NCBI GenBank assembly: GCA_041670225.1
Contig: JBAXZU010000001.1
Span: 1 to 63,425, forward strand
Direction: 5' to 3'
Length of the DNA: 63,425 nt
Origin: Bacilli bacterium
GTDB lineage: Bacteria > Bacillota_I > Bacilli_A > RFN20 > CAG-288
The notes under the pieces were generated by a model, which did not search any database, was not told the DNA's origin, and saw only the letters and a list, made by a program, of their open reading frames with translations. This document shows positions 1-10,402 of the stretch, in pieces. The position numbers were made by a program, and so were the translations under genes. Every line of letters starts with the position of its first letter. Position 1 is the stretch's first letter.

Positions 1-1
1 A

Positions 2-550
2 GAAATAAATAATATTCCCTTTGAAGTATTTGTCAGTAATGCTGGATTCGGTGACATCGGAAAATATGAGGATACTGATATTCAAAAAGAGATTTCTATG
101 GTGAAGCTGAATGATATTTCTACTTTGATATTAGTGAAATCTTTTATGGAAAGATTCAAAGAGCAGGGAAGAGGAAGAATCCTTGTTACCTGTTCCGCCG
201 CCAGTTTTGGAGTTGCCCCGTATATGAATGTCTATTATGCGACCAAAGCTTTTTCCTATTCTCTTGTTCACGGCTATCATCGTGAACTGAGAATGGAAAA
301 ATCCCAGGTAACTATTTCAGCTCTCTGCCCCGGTCCAGTGAAAACTGACTTTGGTAAAACTGCCAATGTTAAATTATCAAAAAATGCCATGCTTCCGGAA
401 AAGGTTGCTGAGGTTGCAGTCAATGGTATTCTAAAAGGGAAACTGGAGATTGTTCCTGGATTCAAGATGAAGCTCGTTCATTTCCTTTCTCATCTGGTTC
501 CAAAGCGTTTAATTAGCTGTTTTTTGAATAAATCCGCAGAAATGGAATAA
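2..550 (+). CDS. short-chain dehydrogenase/reductase (SDR) family oxidoreductase, 5' end cut by window edge
   Basis: Frame open from nt 2 (EINNIPFEVFVSNAGFG...). SDR NAG motif, catalytic YxxxK (YYATK), CPGPVKTDF motif. TAA stop. Confidence 0.75.
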   Translation, partial: EINNIPFEVFVSNAGFGDIGKYEDTDIQKEISMVKLNDISTLILVKSFMERFKEQGRGRILVTCSAASFGVAPYMNVYYATKAFSYSLVHGYHRELRMEKSQVTISALCPGPVKTDFGKTANVKLSKNAMLPEKVAEVAVNGILKGKLEIVPGFKMKLVHFLSHLVPKRLISCFLNKSAEME

Positions 551-621
551 TTGATTCATTCCAAAAAAATACGATAATTATCGTAATTTTTGAATGCTAA
601 AAATATTATCAATCTTAGAAA

Positions 622-648
622 TTAGCACTTGCCACTTGAAATTGCTAA
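622..648. promoter_or_regulatory. degenerate CIRCE (HrcA operator) inverted repeat overlapping the groES promoter
   Basis: TTAGCACTT-N9-AATTGCTAA versus consensus TTAGCACTC-N9-GAGTGCTAA (8/9 and 6/9 matches). Candidate -35 TTGAAA at 636-641 and -10 TATAAT at 658-663 with a 16-nt spacer, 43 nt upstream of groES. Confidence 0.6.
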
Positions 649-705
649 AATTCAACCTATAATAAATGTTGCCTGATAAAAAAGGCATACCGGAGGTATA
701 TTTAA

Positions 706-987
706 ATGATTAAACCATTAAGAGATTATGTTGTTTTGGAAAAGATTCCTGAAGAAAAGAAGATTGGTGGAATTATCATCGCAACTTCTCATGAAAACGA
801 ATCAGCCGTAGCTAAGGTTATTGCTGTCGGACCTGGTTATGTCGATGAAAAAGGCCATGAAATCAAGGTTCAGGCTTTAGTCGGTCAGAAAGTCATTTAT
901 AAGAAATATTCGACAACCGATTACGAAGAAGCCGGAAGAAAAATGATGCTCATTCAGGACAAAGATATCCTGGCTATTGTTGACTAA
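706..987 (+). CDS. groES: co-chaperonin GroES
   Basis: 93 aa. IKPLRDYVVLEK... is a typical Cpn10 N-terminus. GGAGG RBS at 691-695. Immediately upstream of groEL. Confidence 0.97.
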   Translation: MIKPLRDYVVLEKIPEEKKIGGIIIATSHENESAVAKVIAVGPGYVDEKGHEIKVQALVGQKVIYKKYSTTDYEEAGRKMMLIQDKDILAIVD

Positions 988-1004
988 TATTTAATAAAGG
1001 ATAA

Positions 1005-2639
<1,635 letters not shown>

Positions 2640-2649
2640 ATTAAAAAAA

Positions 2650-2680
2650 GGGGCTTCCGCTGAGGAAGCCCCTTTTCTTT
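2650..2680. terminator. rho-independent terminator between convergent groEL and the zinc-ribbon gene
   Basis: GGGGCTTCC-gctga-GGAAGCCCC perfect 9-bp GC-rich stem. A-run upstream and T-run downstream, so potentially bidirectional. Confidence 0.85.
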
Positions 2681-2682
2681 TC

Positions 2683-2952
2683 CTAGTTATTGTACTTATC
2701 GAATTTCGAAAGCGAATAAGGCTGCTCTGGTTCGATTCCGTCTTCATCTAAACCAGTGCCATGATTCTTATCCGAAAGCATTGACTTATCTTCGTTAGAA
2801 ACTGAACCTTGATTTGATTTATAGAAACTATCAAAGTCACCCATGGTGGCATGGCCGGTTCCTTTCTGCCCGGAAGGTACTCGGGTATGACAGTAAGGAC
2901 AATACCAATCCTGATCCGGTATTTCTTTTAGACATTTTGGACATGTTTTCAT
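2683..2952 (-). CDS. zinc-ribbon domain protein (hypothetical)
   Basis: 89 aa with N-terminal CPKC...CPYC double CxxC. No other recognisable domain. Confidence 0.5.
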   Translation of the reverse strand: MKTCPKCLKEIPDQDWYCPYCHTRVPSGQKGTGHATMGDFDSFYKSNQGSVSNEDKSMLSDKNHGTGLDEDGIEPEQPYSLSKFDKYNN

Positions 2953-3121
2953 ATACGAATATTATAGAACTTTCTTTGGTAAAGGATTTGTAAAAAGTTA
3001 TGTTTTATTAATTATGATATTGAGTAATTGCTGCTGAAAGCAACTTCTATTGTAGCTGTTTAATCATTAATGATGAAAAAAGCGAAAAAATGAACTATAA
3101 TAGCATAAAGGTGGTATTTAT

Positions 3122-3958
3122 ATGAGTAAACCAATAATTGCCCTGCTGTACGATTTTGACAGAACCCTCTGTACAAGTGATATGCAGAACTATTCTTTTA
3201 TTCCTTCGCTGAAAATTAAATCCGAAGATTTTTGGGCGGATACTAATTACATGTCTCAGAAATATGAAATGGATGGCTTATTAGCCTATATGTATCTGAT
3301 GATTCAAAAGGCTAAAGAAAAAGGACTTCCGATTAATCGTGAAGCTTTTGTTCAATTAGGTAAGGATATTAAATTTTATCCTGGTGTTGAAGGCTGGTTT
3401 GACCGGATTAATGCCTATGGTGAAACTAAAGGCGTAGAAATTCAGCACTATGTCATTTCCTCTGGAAACAAGGAAATAATTGAAGGATCTTCAATATATA
3501 AACACTTCAAGAAAGTTTTTGCCTGTGAATTCCTTTATATTGATGATAATGCTGTTTGGCCAAAGAATCTTGTTAATTATACAACTAAGACTCAATTCCT
3601 TTTCCGAATCAACAAGGGTGCTCTCAATATGTCAGATAATGACCGTGTCAATCAGAGTATTCCACATGATGAAAGAACTGTTCCTTTCAGAAATATGATT
3701 TATATTGCTGATGGTCTTACCGATGTTCCCTGCATGAAGTTGGTCAGAGACAAGGGCGGAGCTTCAATTGCGGTTTATGGCCGTGGAAAGAAGCCAACAG
3801 CTCAGCAGTTATTTGAGGATCGTCGAGTTGATTTCTTCACAAATGCTGATTATTCAGAAAACTCTAAAATTGATCTGATAATCAAGAAACTTATTGATAA
3901 GATGGCTGTTCAGGATGAATTAATCAGACTTCATCAGAAACAGAAGGAAACTCTTTAA
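3122..3958 (+). CDS. HAD-superfamily hydrolase-like protein
   Basis: 278 aa. N-terminal DxD motif (LLYDFDRTL) and distal IYIADGLTDVP aspartate motif. AAGGTGG RBS upstream. Confidence 0.6.
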   Translation: MSKPIIALLYDFDRTLCTSDMQNYSFIPSLKIKSEDFWADTNYMSQKYEMDGLLAYMYLMIQKAKEKGLPINREAFVQLGKDIKFYPGVEGWFDRINAYGETKGVEIQHYVISSGNKEIIEGSSIYKHFKKVFACEFLYIDDNAVWPKNLVNYTTKTQFLFRINKGALNMSDNDRVNQSIPHDERTVPFRNMIYIADGLTDVPCMKLVRDKGGASIAVYGRGKKPTAQQLFEDRRVDFFTNADYSENSKIDLIIKKLIDKMAVQDELIRLHQKQKETL

Positions 3959-3967
3959 TAAATTAAG

Positions 3968-3996
3968 CCTGTTTTCGAAAGAAGACAGGTTTTTTA
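3968..3996 (+). terminator. rho-independent terminator
   Basis: CCTGTTTTC-gaaa-GAAGACAGG stem (one G-U pair) followed by TTTTTT. Confidence 0.65.
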
Positions 3997-4006
3997 TTGC
4001 TTTGTA

Positions 4007-5515
4007 ATGTATAATATTAAACATATGGCAAAAGCACCAAGAATAATTTCCCGTCTGGTTAATCAAAAGGATAATGATATACTTGATATTTCAGTTTTTG
4101 TTATTCTTACTCTGCTTACTGCGGTTTTGACCTTAGGATATTTTTACTCAACTACAATCTTTAATGATGATTATTCAGGATTGAAGCTTTTTGGAATGAT
4201 TATCGGATATCAGGTTGATAAAGCCATGAACATCGGACTATTCATTCCGATGTTTATTATTTTTATCTTTCTTCTTGGTTTCTTTGTTTTCTTAAGAATG
4301 CAGAAGACAAATATTTTCATTTCAAAGACCGTCATGGCCTTGATGGTTTTCTTTGTATTAGCAAGATTTATTACCAATGTGGCTTTTCCTTACGGAGAGC
4401 AGACCTATGTTATTTTTAGTTCTATTAGGCAAGCAAGTTATTCGATTCCTTTTGCTGGCTTTTCGGCTTCAGAGAGAATAATCAGCTTTCTTCTTGAAAC
4501 TTTATTAATTGTTTTCTTTGGAATAGCCTTTACTTATATCAAAACATTTTCAAATAAGTTTAATAAAGTTGTTAATTTCTTTTTATACTTGTTAATTGCT
4601 GTCGCAATCGTAATGAATATCTTTTCTTATATAACTGAATCAGCTAAAATAGTAAATAATCTCCAAGTTATTTTCACGAATTCGGATAAGTCTTTTGATC
4701 ATGGTATAATCAGTTTCACTTCGCATCGTAATGTGTATGGTTTCTTTATTTTGATGGCATCACTGGCTTCAATGATTCTTTCTTTTAAGAAGAAACCGAA
4801 TCCTTTATTTCTTTTATTAGTTGTCTATTTCTTTATTACATGTTTCTATCTGAAGAGCCGTACTCCTTTCTTCTTAATTTTTTCTACTCTCATGGTTATG
4901 CTGGTTTTTAATTCGGTTTTCTTCTTTAAACACTATAAAATTTATTCAATCTCCTCAATGGTTTTGTTTGTTTTTATTGTGATTTTCTGTCTTTTGATTT
5001 TCTGCTTTGCCCCTAACTGGGAAATTTCTATTCATTTCCGTCGGCTTTTTGAAATATATAATGACAGCGGAACAGTTCTGGCAAGACTTGATTTGAATAC
5101 CAGGGCTCTTGATATGCTTTCTTCCAGCTTCTATTATGTTCTGTTTGGATACGGAAAAATTCCTTTCATAAATATTTATAATACCTTTGGTACAATGATC
5201 AGTCAGCAGACAATCTGGTCAAGTCACAACGGATTCCTTGATGTTCTGCTCTCCTACGGTCTTGTTGGATTAGCATCTCAAATTCTCTGTTTTGGAGTTT
5301 TGGTTTATCATGCGATAAGCCTGGCTTTTAGAAAACCATTGATTTCCTTCACTTATTTATTTGTTATATTAATTACCATTATTTACGGTTTCTTTGAAAT
5401 GCGGGTACCTTTCGGAATTGATCCAAGCGGCCTGATTTTTGTCTTTTTATTGGTATATCCGATAGAAAACGAATTTTCCGCTGAAAACAAAAAACCTAAG
5501 CCATTATTGGCTTAG
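4007..5515 (+). CDS. polytopic membrane protein, O-antigen ligase/polymerase (Wzy_C-like) family
   Basis: 502 aa, about 12 hydrophobic segments. SSHNGFLDVLLSYGLVGL resembles the O-antigen ligase-family motif. Alternative start at 4025. Confidence 0.55.
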   Translation: MYNIKHMAKAPRIISRLVNQKDNDILDISVFVILTLLTAVLTLGYFYSTTIFNDDYSGLKLFGMIIGYQVDKAMNIGLFIPMFIIFIFLLGFFVFLRMQKTNIFISKTVMALMVFFVLARFITNVAFPYGEQTYVIFSSIRQASYSIPFAGFSASERIISFLLETLLIVFFGIAFTYIKTFSNKFNKVVNFFLYLLIAVAIVMNIFSYITESAKIVNNLQVIFTNSDKSFDHGIISFTSHRNVYGFFILMASLASMILSFKKKPNPLFLLLVVYFFITCFYLKSRTPFFLIFSTLMVMLVFNSVFFFKHYKIYSISSMVLFVFIVIFCLLIFCFAPNWEISIHFRRLFEIYNDSGTVLARLDLNTRALDMLSSSFYYVLFGYGKIPFINIYNTFGTMISQQTIWSSHNGFLDVLLSYGLVGLASQILCFGVLVYHAISLAFRKPLISFTYLFVILITIIYGFFEMRVPFGIDPSGLIFVFLLVYPIENEFSAENKKPKPLLA

Positions 5516-5537
5516 GTAATTATTTGATTATTCAGTA

Positions 5538-6395
5538 TCAGAGGCTGAGACCTAGTTTATAGACTAGGTTTTTCTTTGCACCGGTATTCTGAGCAATTTC
5601 TTTTGAAAGCTCGGAAAGCGATTTTCCGGATTTGAGTCCGGTTTTCAGAAGGTTGATAATCTCTTCTTCGGTGATTTCCTGACGGGCTTCAGCACCTTTG
5701 ATGATGATGACACATTCACCTTTGACTTCATCCTTAATGGCAGCGTTCAGTTCTAAAAGTGTGCCATGGACGACTTCCTCATGAATCTTGGTCAGTTCTC
5801 TGATTAAGGAAGCTTCTCGGTTATCTCCGAAAACTTCGCGCATGAGAGCAATGGTTGAACTGGCTCTTTTAGGTGATTCATAGAAAATCAAGGATTCTTT
5901 TCTGTCTTTGTATTCTTCCAGCATTTTCTTGATGGCACCGGGTTTAGTTGGGAGAAAGCCTAAGAAAGTGAAATCTGCACTATCAATGCCCGAGATAACT
6001 AAAGCTGATAAGGAGGCAGTGGCACCGGGAAGAATGGTAACGGGAACGTTATCATCATAGGCAGCCTGAACCAGAAGAGCACCAGGATCAGAAATCCCAG
6101 GCATTCCAGCATCAGAACAATAGGCTAGTTTAAGCTTTTTGGCTTTGACCAGCTTTACGATTTCTTTTGCCTGTTTAAGCTCAGTCTGAGCATAAAGCGA
6201 AATCAGCTTTTTAGGCTTGATGTCATACTGCTTAAGAAGCATACCAGTATTTCTGGTATCTTCACAGGCGACAATGTCAGCTGATTTAAGGTATTCGACT
6301 GCTCGGTAAGTGATGTCCTTGAGATTTCCGATTGGAGTAGTAACTAAAGCAATAAGCGGAGAATCTTCTTTGGAATAGGGATTATTTCTTAGCAT
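5538..6395 (-). CDS. rsmI: 16S rRNA (cytidine1402-2'-O)-methyltransferase
   Basis: 285 aa. TPIGNLKDITYRAVEYLKSADIVACEDTRNTGMLL is a typical RsmI tetrapyrrole-methylase-fold N-terminus. Conserved position after ricT. Confidence 0.9.
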   Translation of the reverse strand: MLRNNPYSKEDSPLIALVTTPIGNLKDITYRAVEYLKSADIVACEDTRNTGMLLKQYDIKPKKLISLYAQTELKQAKEIVKLVKAKKLKLAYCSDAGMPGISDPGALLVQAAYDDNVPVTILPGATASLSALVISGIDSADFTFLGFLPTKPGAIKKMLEEYKDRKESLIFYESPKRASSTIALMREVFGDNREASLIRELTKIHEEVVHGTLLELNAAIKDEVKGECVIIIKGAEARQEITEEEIINLLKTGLKSGKSLSELSKEIAQNTGAKKNLVYKLGLSL

Positions 6396-7695
6396 CTTTG
6401 TTCACTGGCTTGACATCAAGAACTGATTTATCGGAAATTTGGCTTACAGGTATAAAGCCGGAATTGGCTGGCTTAGGAGCATTGGTGGGGTTCTTTCTGT
6501 TAAAGCTATTTCCGTTTCTATTGTTATTAAAGGAGTTGTTATGTCTGTTATTAGTTGAATTAGTGCTTGAAGTGTTATTCTGATAACTATTCTTATTCTG
6601 ATAGTTTTTATTATTTCTATTTTGATTATTAGAATTATTTGGCTGAGTGCTGCGGTTAGGGTTGTTGTTGTTTCGGTTATTGTTTCTATTCTGATTATTG
6701 TTATTATTTCTATTCTGGTTATTGTTGACAGGGGTTCTTGAGGTTTTAGAAATAATATCTTCTTTGTGTTTTTCTTCAGTCTGATTAATCTGAGAAATAC
6801 GGCGGTTAGTTTCTTTTAGACCATGACCGGATAAATCAATACCGGCATTGATATCAGCCTTGAGAGTGGGGGCAGTCTGTTTTTCAAGACCGTTTTTGAC
6901 TCTTTCGTATTCTTCTTTAGAGAAGGATTCATAATTATCACCGTTATAGGCAGTGATGGTATCGTTAAGAAGATTGAGTCCGGAGACTGAATAAGTGGAA
7001 TTCTTATAGGTGAATTTTTCTCCGATTTTGGGATAAAGAGGTCTGACTAAGGAATAGGCCTTATCTTCAAACTTCAGACAGCACATAAGTTTTCCGCACT
7101 GTCCGCTAAGCTTAGGAATATTGATTGCCAGAAGCTGATTCTTGGCCATGGCAATGGAAATGCCATCAAAAGAATTAAGGAAGGTTGAACAGCATAAAGG
7201 TAGACCACAGGGTCCGATGCCACCGATAGTCTTAGCCTGATCACGGGGACCAATCTGACGTAATTCAATACGGAGATGGAAAGAACCATTGAGAATTCTG
7301 ACTAATTCACGGAAATCGACACGCTGTTCAGCACTGAAAGTGATAAGGACTTTATCCTCATCAATATCCAAATGGGAATTGAGAACCTTCATATCAAGCT
7401 TCAGTAAATCGGCCTGGTTCTGAGTTTCACGGGTAATCTTTTTTTCTCGGGAATCAGATTCTTCAAAGAAGGACTTATCCTGGAAAGTGGCAATTCGGTT
7501 GATGCTGGGATAAAGAGTTGAGAAATTTGGTCTCTGGGTTTCTTCTTCAGTAAGAACCCTGAGCTTCTTAACAACACCAATGAAAGTTCCATGCTCTGTT
7601 GGGCAGACAACCATATCGCCTAAAGCAACATCTTTCTTGGTTTGATAATATGTCATACCGGCAAAATCGAATGGAATTCCTAATAAAGTAATCAT
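6382..7695 (-). CDS. ricT: PSP1-domain protein RicT/YaaT with Asn-rich C-terminal extension
   Basis: 437 aa. Cys cluster GPCGLPLCC...GQCGKLMCCL is typical of YaaT/PSP1. Conserved position after holB. C-terminal roughly 100 aa are N/Q/R/S low complexity. Confidence 0.85.
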   Translation of the reverse strand: MITLLGIPFDFAGMTYYQTKKDVALGDMVVCPTEHGTFIGVVKKLRVLTEEETQRPNFSTLYPSINRIATFQDKSFFEESDSREKKITRETQNQADLLKLDMKVLNSHLDIDEDKVLITFSAEQRVDFRELVRILNGSFHLRIELRQIGPRDQAKTIGGIGPCGLPLCCSTFLNSFDGISIAMAKNQLLAINIPKLSGQCGKLMCCLKFEDKAYSLVRPLYPKIGEKFTYKNSTYSVSGLNLLNDTITAYNGDNYESFSKEEYERVKNGLEKQTAPTLKADINAGIDLSGHGLKETNRRISQINQTEEKHKEDIISKTSRTPVNNNQNRNNNNNQNRNNNRNNNNPNRSTQPNNSNNQNRNNKNYQNKNSYQNNTSSTNSTNNRHNNSFNNNRNGNSFNRKNPTNAPKPANSGFIPVSQISDKSVLDVKPVNKDAKK

Positions 7696-7698
7696 GTG

Positions 7699-8691
7699 TT
7701 AATCCTCATCTTCCAAAGCCAGAATCATTTTTGACAGAATTGCGGTGGGGTTAAGATTGATCTGTTTCAATGCTAAGGCTTCATCCAATATTTTCTTTGC
7801 GTTCTGAATCTGCGGCTTCTTATTTTCAAGACTCCTGATAATGTCATTGAAGGGATTGTCAGGATCGTTTTCCTGTAATAGAACATCTTTATAGATTTCA
7901 TTAAGTGTCAGATACAACCAATTATAACACTTTAGCTCCTTTATCTGAGCGGTTTTGAGAAGAAGTGTGTATCCAGCTTTTTCGCTGCTGACAGCTAAAT
8001 CATTCAGAAAAGCTTCTCCTGCCTGATATCCGTCATCAAATCCGGTTTCTTCTTCAATCATGAAGCGGGCCTGTGAAATCTCACTGGTGAATCTTGAAAG
8101 AATGTAGGCTTCCGGGGAAGAAAGGTGGGTTTTCTTTTTTTTGACAATGAATTCCTCATTCATCAGCTGCTGATAGAAAGCCGATGTATCTAAAGGATCT
8201 ATTCTTATCTGAATGGAGCGGGAGAGAATGGTCGGAAGTACTTTGGTGATGTTGTAGCTGGTAAGGAAAGCGACTTGTCCTTCTTTCGGTTCCTCAAGAA
8301 ACTTAAGAATGGCATTAGCACCTTCTTCGGTGATGTTGTCGATGCAGTTAATCACATAAGTAAGGCGATGATCTTTTTCTAAAGCTGAGAAAGCAAATTT
8401 GTTTTCCAAAGTTTTGATATCATCTTTTTTGATGGTCTGATACTGTCCGTCAATCAGATTGAAATCCGGATGAATGCCTTCATCGAATCTTTTGCAGGAT
8501 GGACATTCATGGCAGGCTAAATAATCTTTTTCGCAATTTAAAGACATAGCCAGATAAACGGCAATATCTTTTAAGGGAGCTGACCTATCTCCATAAAGCA
8601 GATAGGCATTAGCTAAGCGATTCTTTTTCCGGGAATTGACAAAAAGGGTAGCTAGTCTCGGTTCATATTTAATTAGAGTTTCTTTATTCAT
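7699..8691 (-). CDS. holB: DNA polymerase III subunit delta'
   Basis: 330 aa. AYLLYG start, zinc module CHECPSCKRF, SRS-type motif TILSRS. Position between tmk and ricT. Confidence 0.85.
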   Translation of the reverse strand: MNKETLIKYEPRLATLFVNSRKKNRLANAYLLYGDRSAPLKDIAVYLAMSLNCEKDYLACHECPSCKRFDEGIHPDFNLIDGQYQTIKKDDIKTLENKFAFSALEKDHRLTYVINCIDNITEEGANAILKFLEEPKEGQVAFLTSYNITKVLPTILSRSIQIRIDPLDTSAFYQQLMNEEFIVKKKKTHLSSPEAYILSRFTSEISQARFMIEEETGFDDGYQAGEAFLNDLAVSSEKAGYTLLLKTAQIKELKCYNWLYLTLNEIYKDVLLQENDPDNPFNDIIRSLENKKPQIQNAKKILDEALALKQINLNPTAILSKMILALEDED

Positions 8692-8774
8692 TGGTATCTA
8701 TATAATTATAAAGTTAAATCACTGAATAAAGAAGATAAAAAAATATAGTTTTTGTAATGATTTTATCGTAAAAA

Positions 8775-9413
8775 CTATTTTTCTGATAATTTCTTAAAGA
8801 TCACAGAAGCAATTTCGTTGGCAATTTCGTCAGGAGTCTGTCGGGCATCAATGGAAAAAATTCTGGAAGAGTATTTCTCATTAATGATTTTATAGCCTTC
8901 ATAGACTTTCTTATGGAAGGAAAGCTTCTCATTATCAAGACGGTCACTGTCACGGTTACGGCCCTGAATCCTGGCTAAGCCTTCTTCCGGAGTAAGGTCT
9001 AAAAAGAAGGTCAGGTCAGGCATGGTGTTTTCGATAGCAAAAGCATTGATTGACATGACATTATCGATTCCTAATCCACGGGCATAACCCTGATAGGCTA
9101 AGGATGAATCAATATAACGGTCACAGATAACCAGAGTTCCGTTTTCTAAGGCTGGTTTAATTACTTCAACCAGATGCTGACGGCGGCTAGCGGCATAAAG
9201 CAGAGCTTCGGTACGGCTGTCTTCCTCAGTGTTATTCTTATCAAGAATGATTCCTCTGATCTGTTCAGCAATTTTACTTCCGCCAGGTTCTCGTGAGAGA
9301 ACATGTTCGATTTGGTTCTTAGTAAGGATTTCGTCGACTTTTCTGATGGCAGTGGTTTTTCCACAGCCGTCGCAGCCTTCGAAAGTGATAAATAATCCTT
9401 TATTTTGATTCAT
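8775..9413 (-). CDS. tmk: thymidylate kinase
   Basis: P-loop FEGCDGCGKTT, DRY motif (CDRYIDSSLAYQG). Start moved to the third ATG (9413), which has a GGAGA RBS 8 nt upstream. Overlaps the recR stop. Confidence 0.93.
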   Translation of the reverse strand: MNQNKGLFITFEGCDGCGKTTAIRKVDEILTKNQIEHVLSREPGGSKIAEQIRGIILDKNNTEEDSRTEALLYAASRRQHLVEVIKPALENGTLVICDRYIDSSLAYQGYARGLGIDNVMSINAFAIENTMPDLTFFLDLTPEEGLARIQGRNRDSDRLDNEKLSFHKKVYEGYKIINEKYSSRIFSIDARQTPDEIANEIASVIFKKLSEK

Positions 9414-10026
9414 TGTCATTATCTCCATTGTTAAGTACGACTCTTCCCTTCAGCGACTGAGAGATGGTTAGATTATCAAGATATTCAAGGTTAGTTCCGA
9501 CAGGAAGCCCATAGGCTAACCGTGAGACTTTAATCTCGGGATTGTTTTTGTAGATGTTAGCAATGTAGAGAGAAGTGGTCTCACCTTCCAAATCGGTCGG
9601 AAGAGCGAGAATGATTTCTTTGATTCCTTCTTTCTCAACCCGGGCTTTCAGTCTTGGAATTCCAATCAGATCCGGTGTTCGGTTTCTTAAAGGCGAGAGG
9701 GTTCCGCTAAGAGTGAAATAAGTGCCCTGATAATTTTTTGTTCTTTCAATTGAATAGATATCCTTGCTGTTTGAGACAACCAAAAGAACTAGATGATTTC
9801 TGGTTTTGTCAGAACAGACAGGACAGACATCAGTATAGAAAAGACCGCAATTAGGGCATTTCTTAACTTTGGTGTTGCAGTCTAAAAAAGCGCTGATGAA
9901 AGCTTCTCTTTCTTCAGGAGTTAAATCCAAAGTGGCGTAAGCCAGCCTTTCAGCAGTCTTAGCACCGATACCCGGAAGTTTTTTATAGCATTCGATGAGA
10001 TCTCTGACAACGTCAATCTGTTCCAT
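9400..10026 (-). CDS. recR: recombination protein RecR
   Basis: 208 aa. LPGIGAKTAERLA helix-hairpin-helix, C4 zinc finger CPNCG...CPVC, Toprim region. Confidence 0.95.
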   Translation of the reverse strand: MEQIDVVRDLIECYKKLPGIGAKTAERLAYATLDLTPEEREAFISAFLDCNTKVKKCPNCGLFYTDVCPVCSDKTRNHLVLLVVSNSKDIYSIERTKNYQGTYFTLSGTLSPLRNRTPDLIGIPRLKARVEKEGIKEIILALPTDLEGETTSLYIANIYKNNPEIKVSRLAYGLPVGTNLEYLDNLTISQSLKGRVVLNNGDNDNESK

Positions 10027-10029
10027 TGT

Positions 10030-10377
10030 TTATTTATTATTGATAGCGGTGGCTTGGTAACGGGCGATTTCAGCCTGCATCTGCTCAGTGATGTCTTTCT
10101 GTTCCTGAACGATGGCATCATGGAGGTTGGTGTAGCAGATGAGGAAGCCATGTTCAATCTGAGTACAGCTGGCAGTTTCATAGTAAGACTGATCAATAGA
10201 AGTAGAAAGCATAGTGAAATCACCCTTCATCTTAATGTTGATTCCCTGATACTTTCCCTGGTATTCCTTATTCTGAATGTTGATCAGTTTAGTCTTGTAG
10301 TTTTCAACTTTGTCCTGAAGGACAGCATAGTCAGCACTTTCTCTGGCTCTTTTGAGGTTGATATCTTCATCTTCCAT
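10030..10377 (-). CDS. YbaB/EbfC-like nucleoid-associated protein (divergent)
   Basis: 115 aa ORF in the conserved slot between dnaX and recR. The call is mostly positional; sequence is divergent from canonical YbaB. Confidence 0.5.
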   Translation of the reverse strand: MEDEDINLKRARESADYAVLQDKVENYKTKLINIQNKEYQGKYQGINIKMKGDFTMLSTSIDQSYYETASCTQIEHGFLICYTNLHDAIVQEQKDITEQMQAEIARYQATAINNK

Positions 10378-10402
10378 AATGTTTTTCTCCTTTTTTTATT
10401 TT

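Noticed and set aside
5548-5575. Hairpin CCTAGT-ttataga-CTAGG plus T-run as terminator of the 4007-5515 gene
   Set aside because: It lies inside the 3' coding end of the convergent rsmI gene and has a short stem. It is plausible but too weak to report as a feature.
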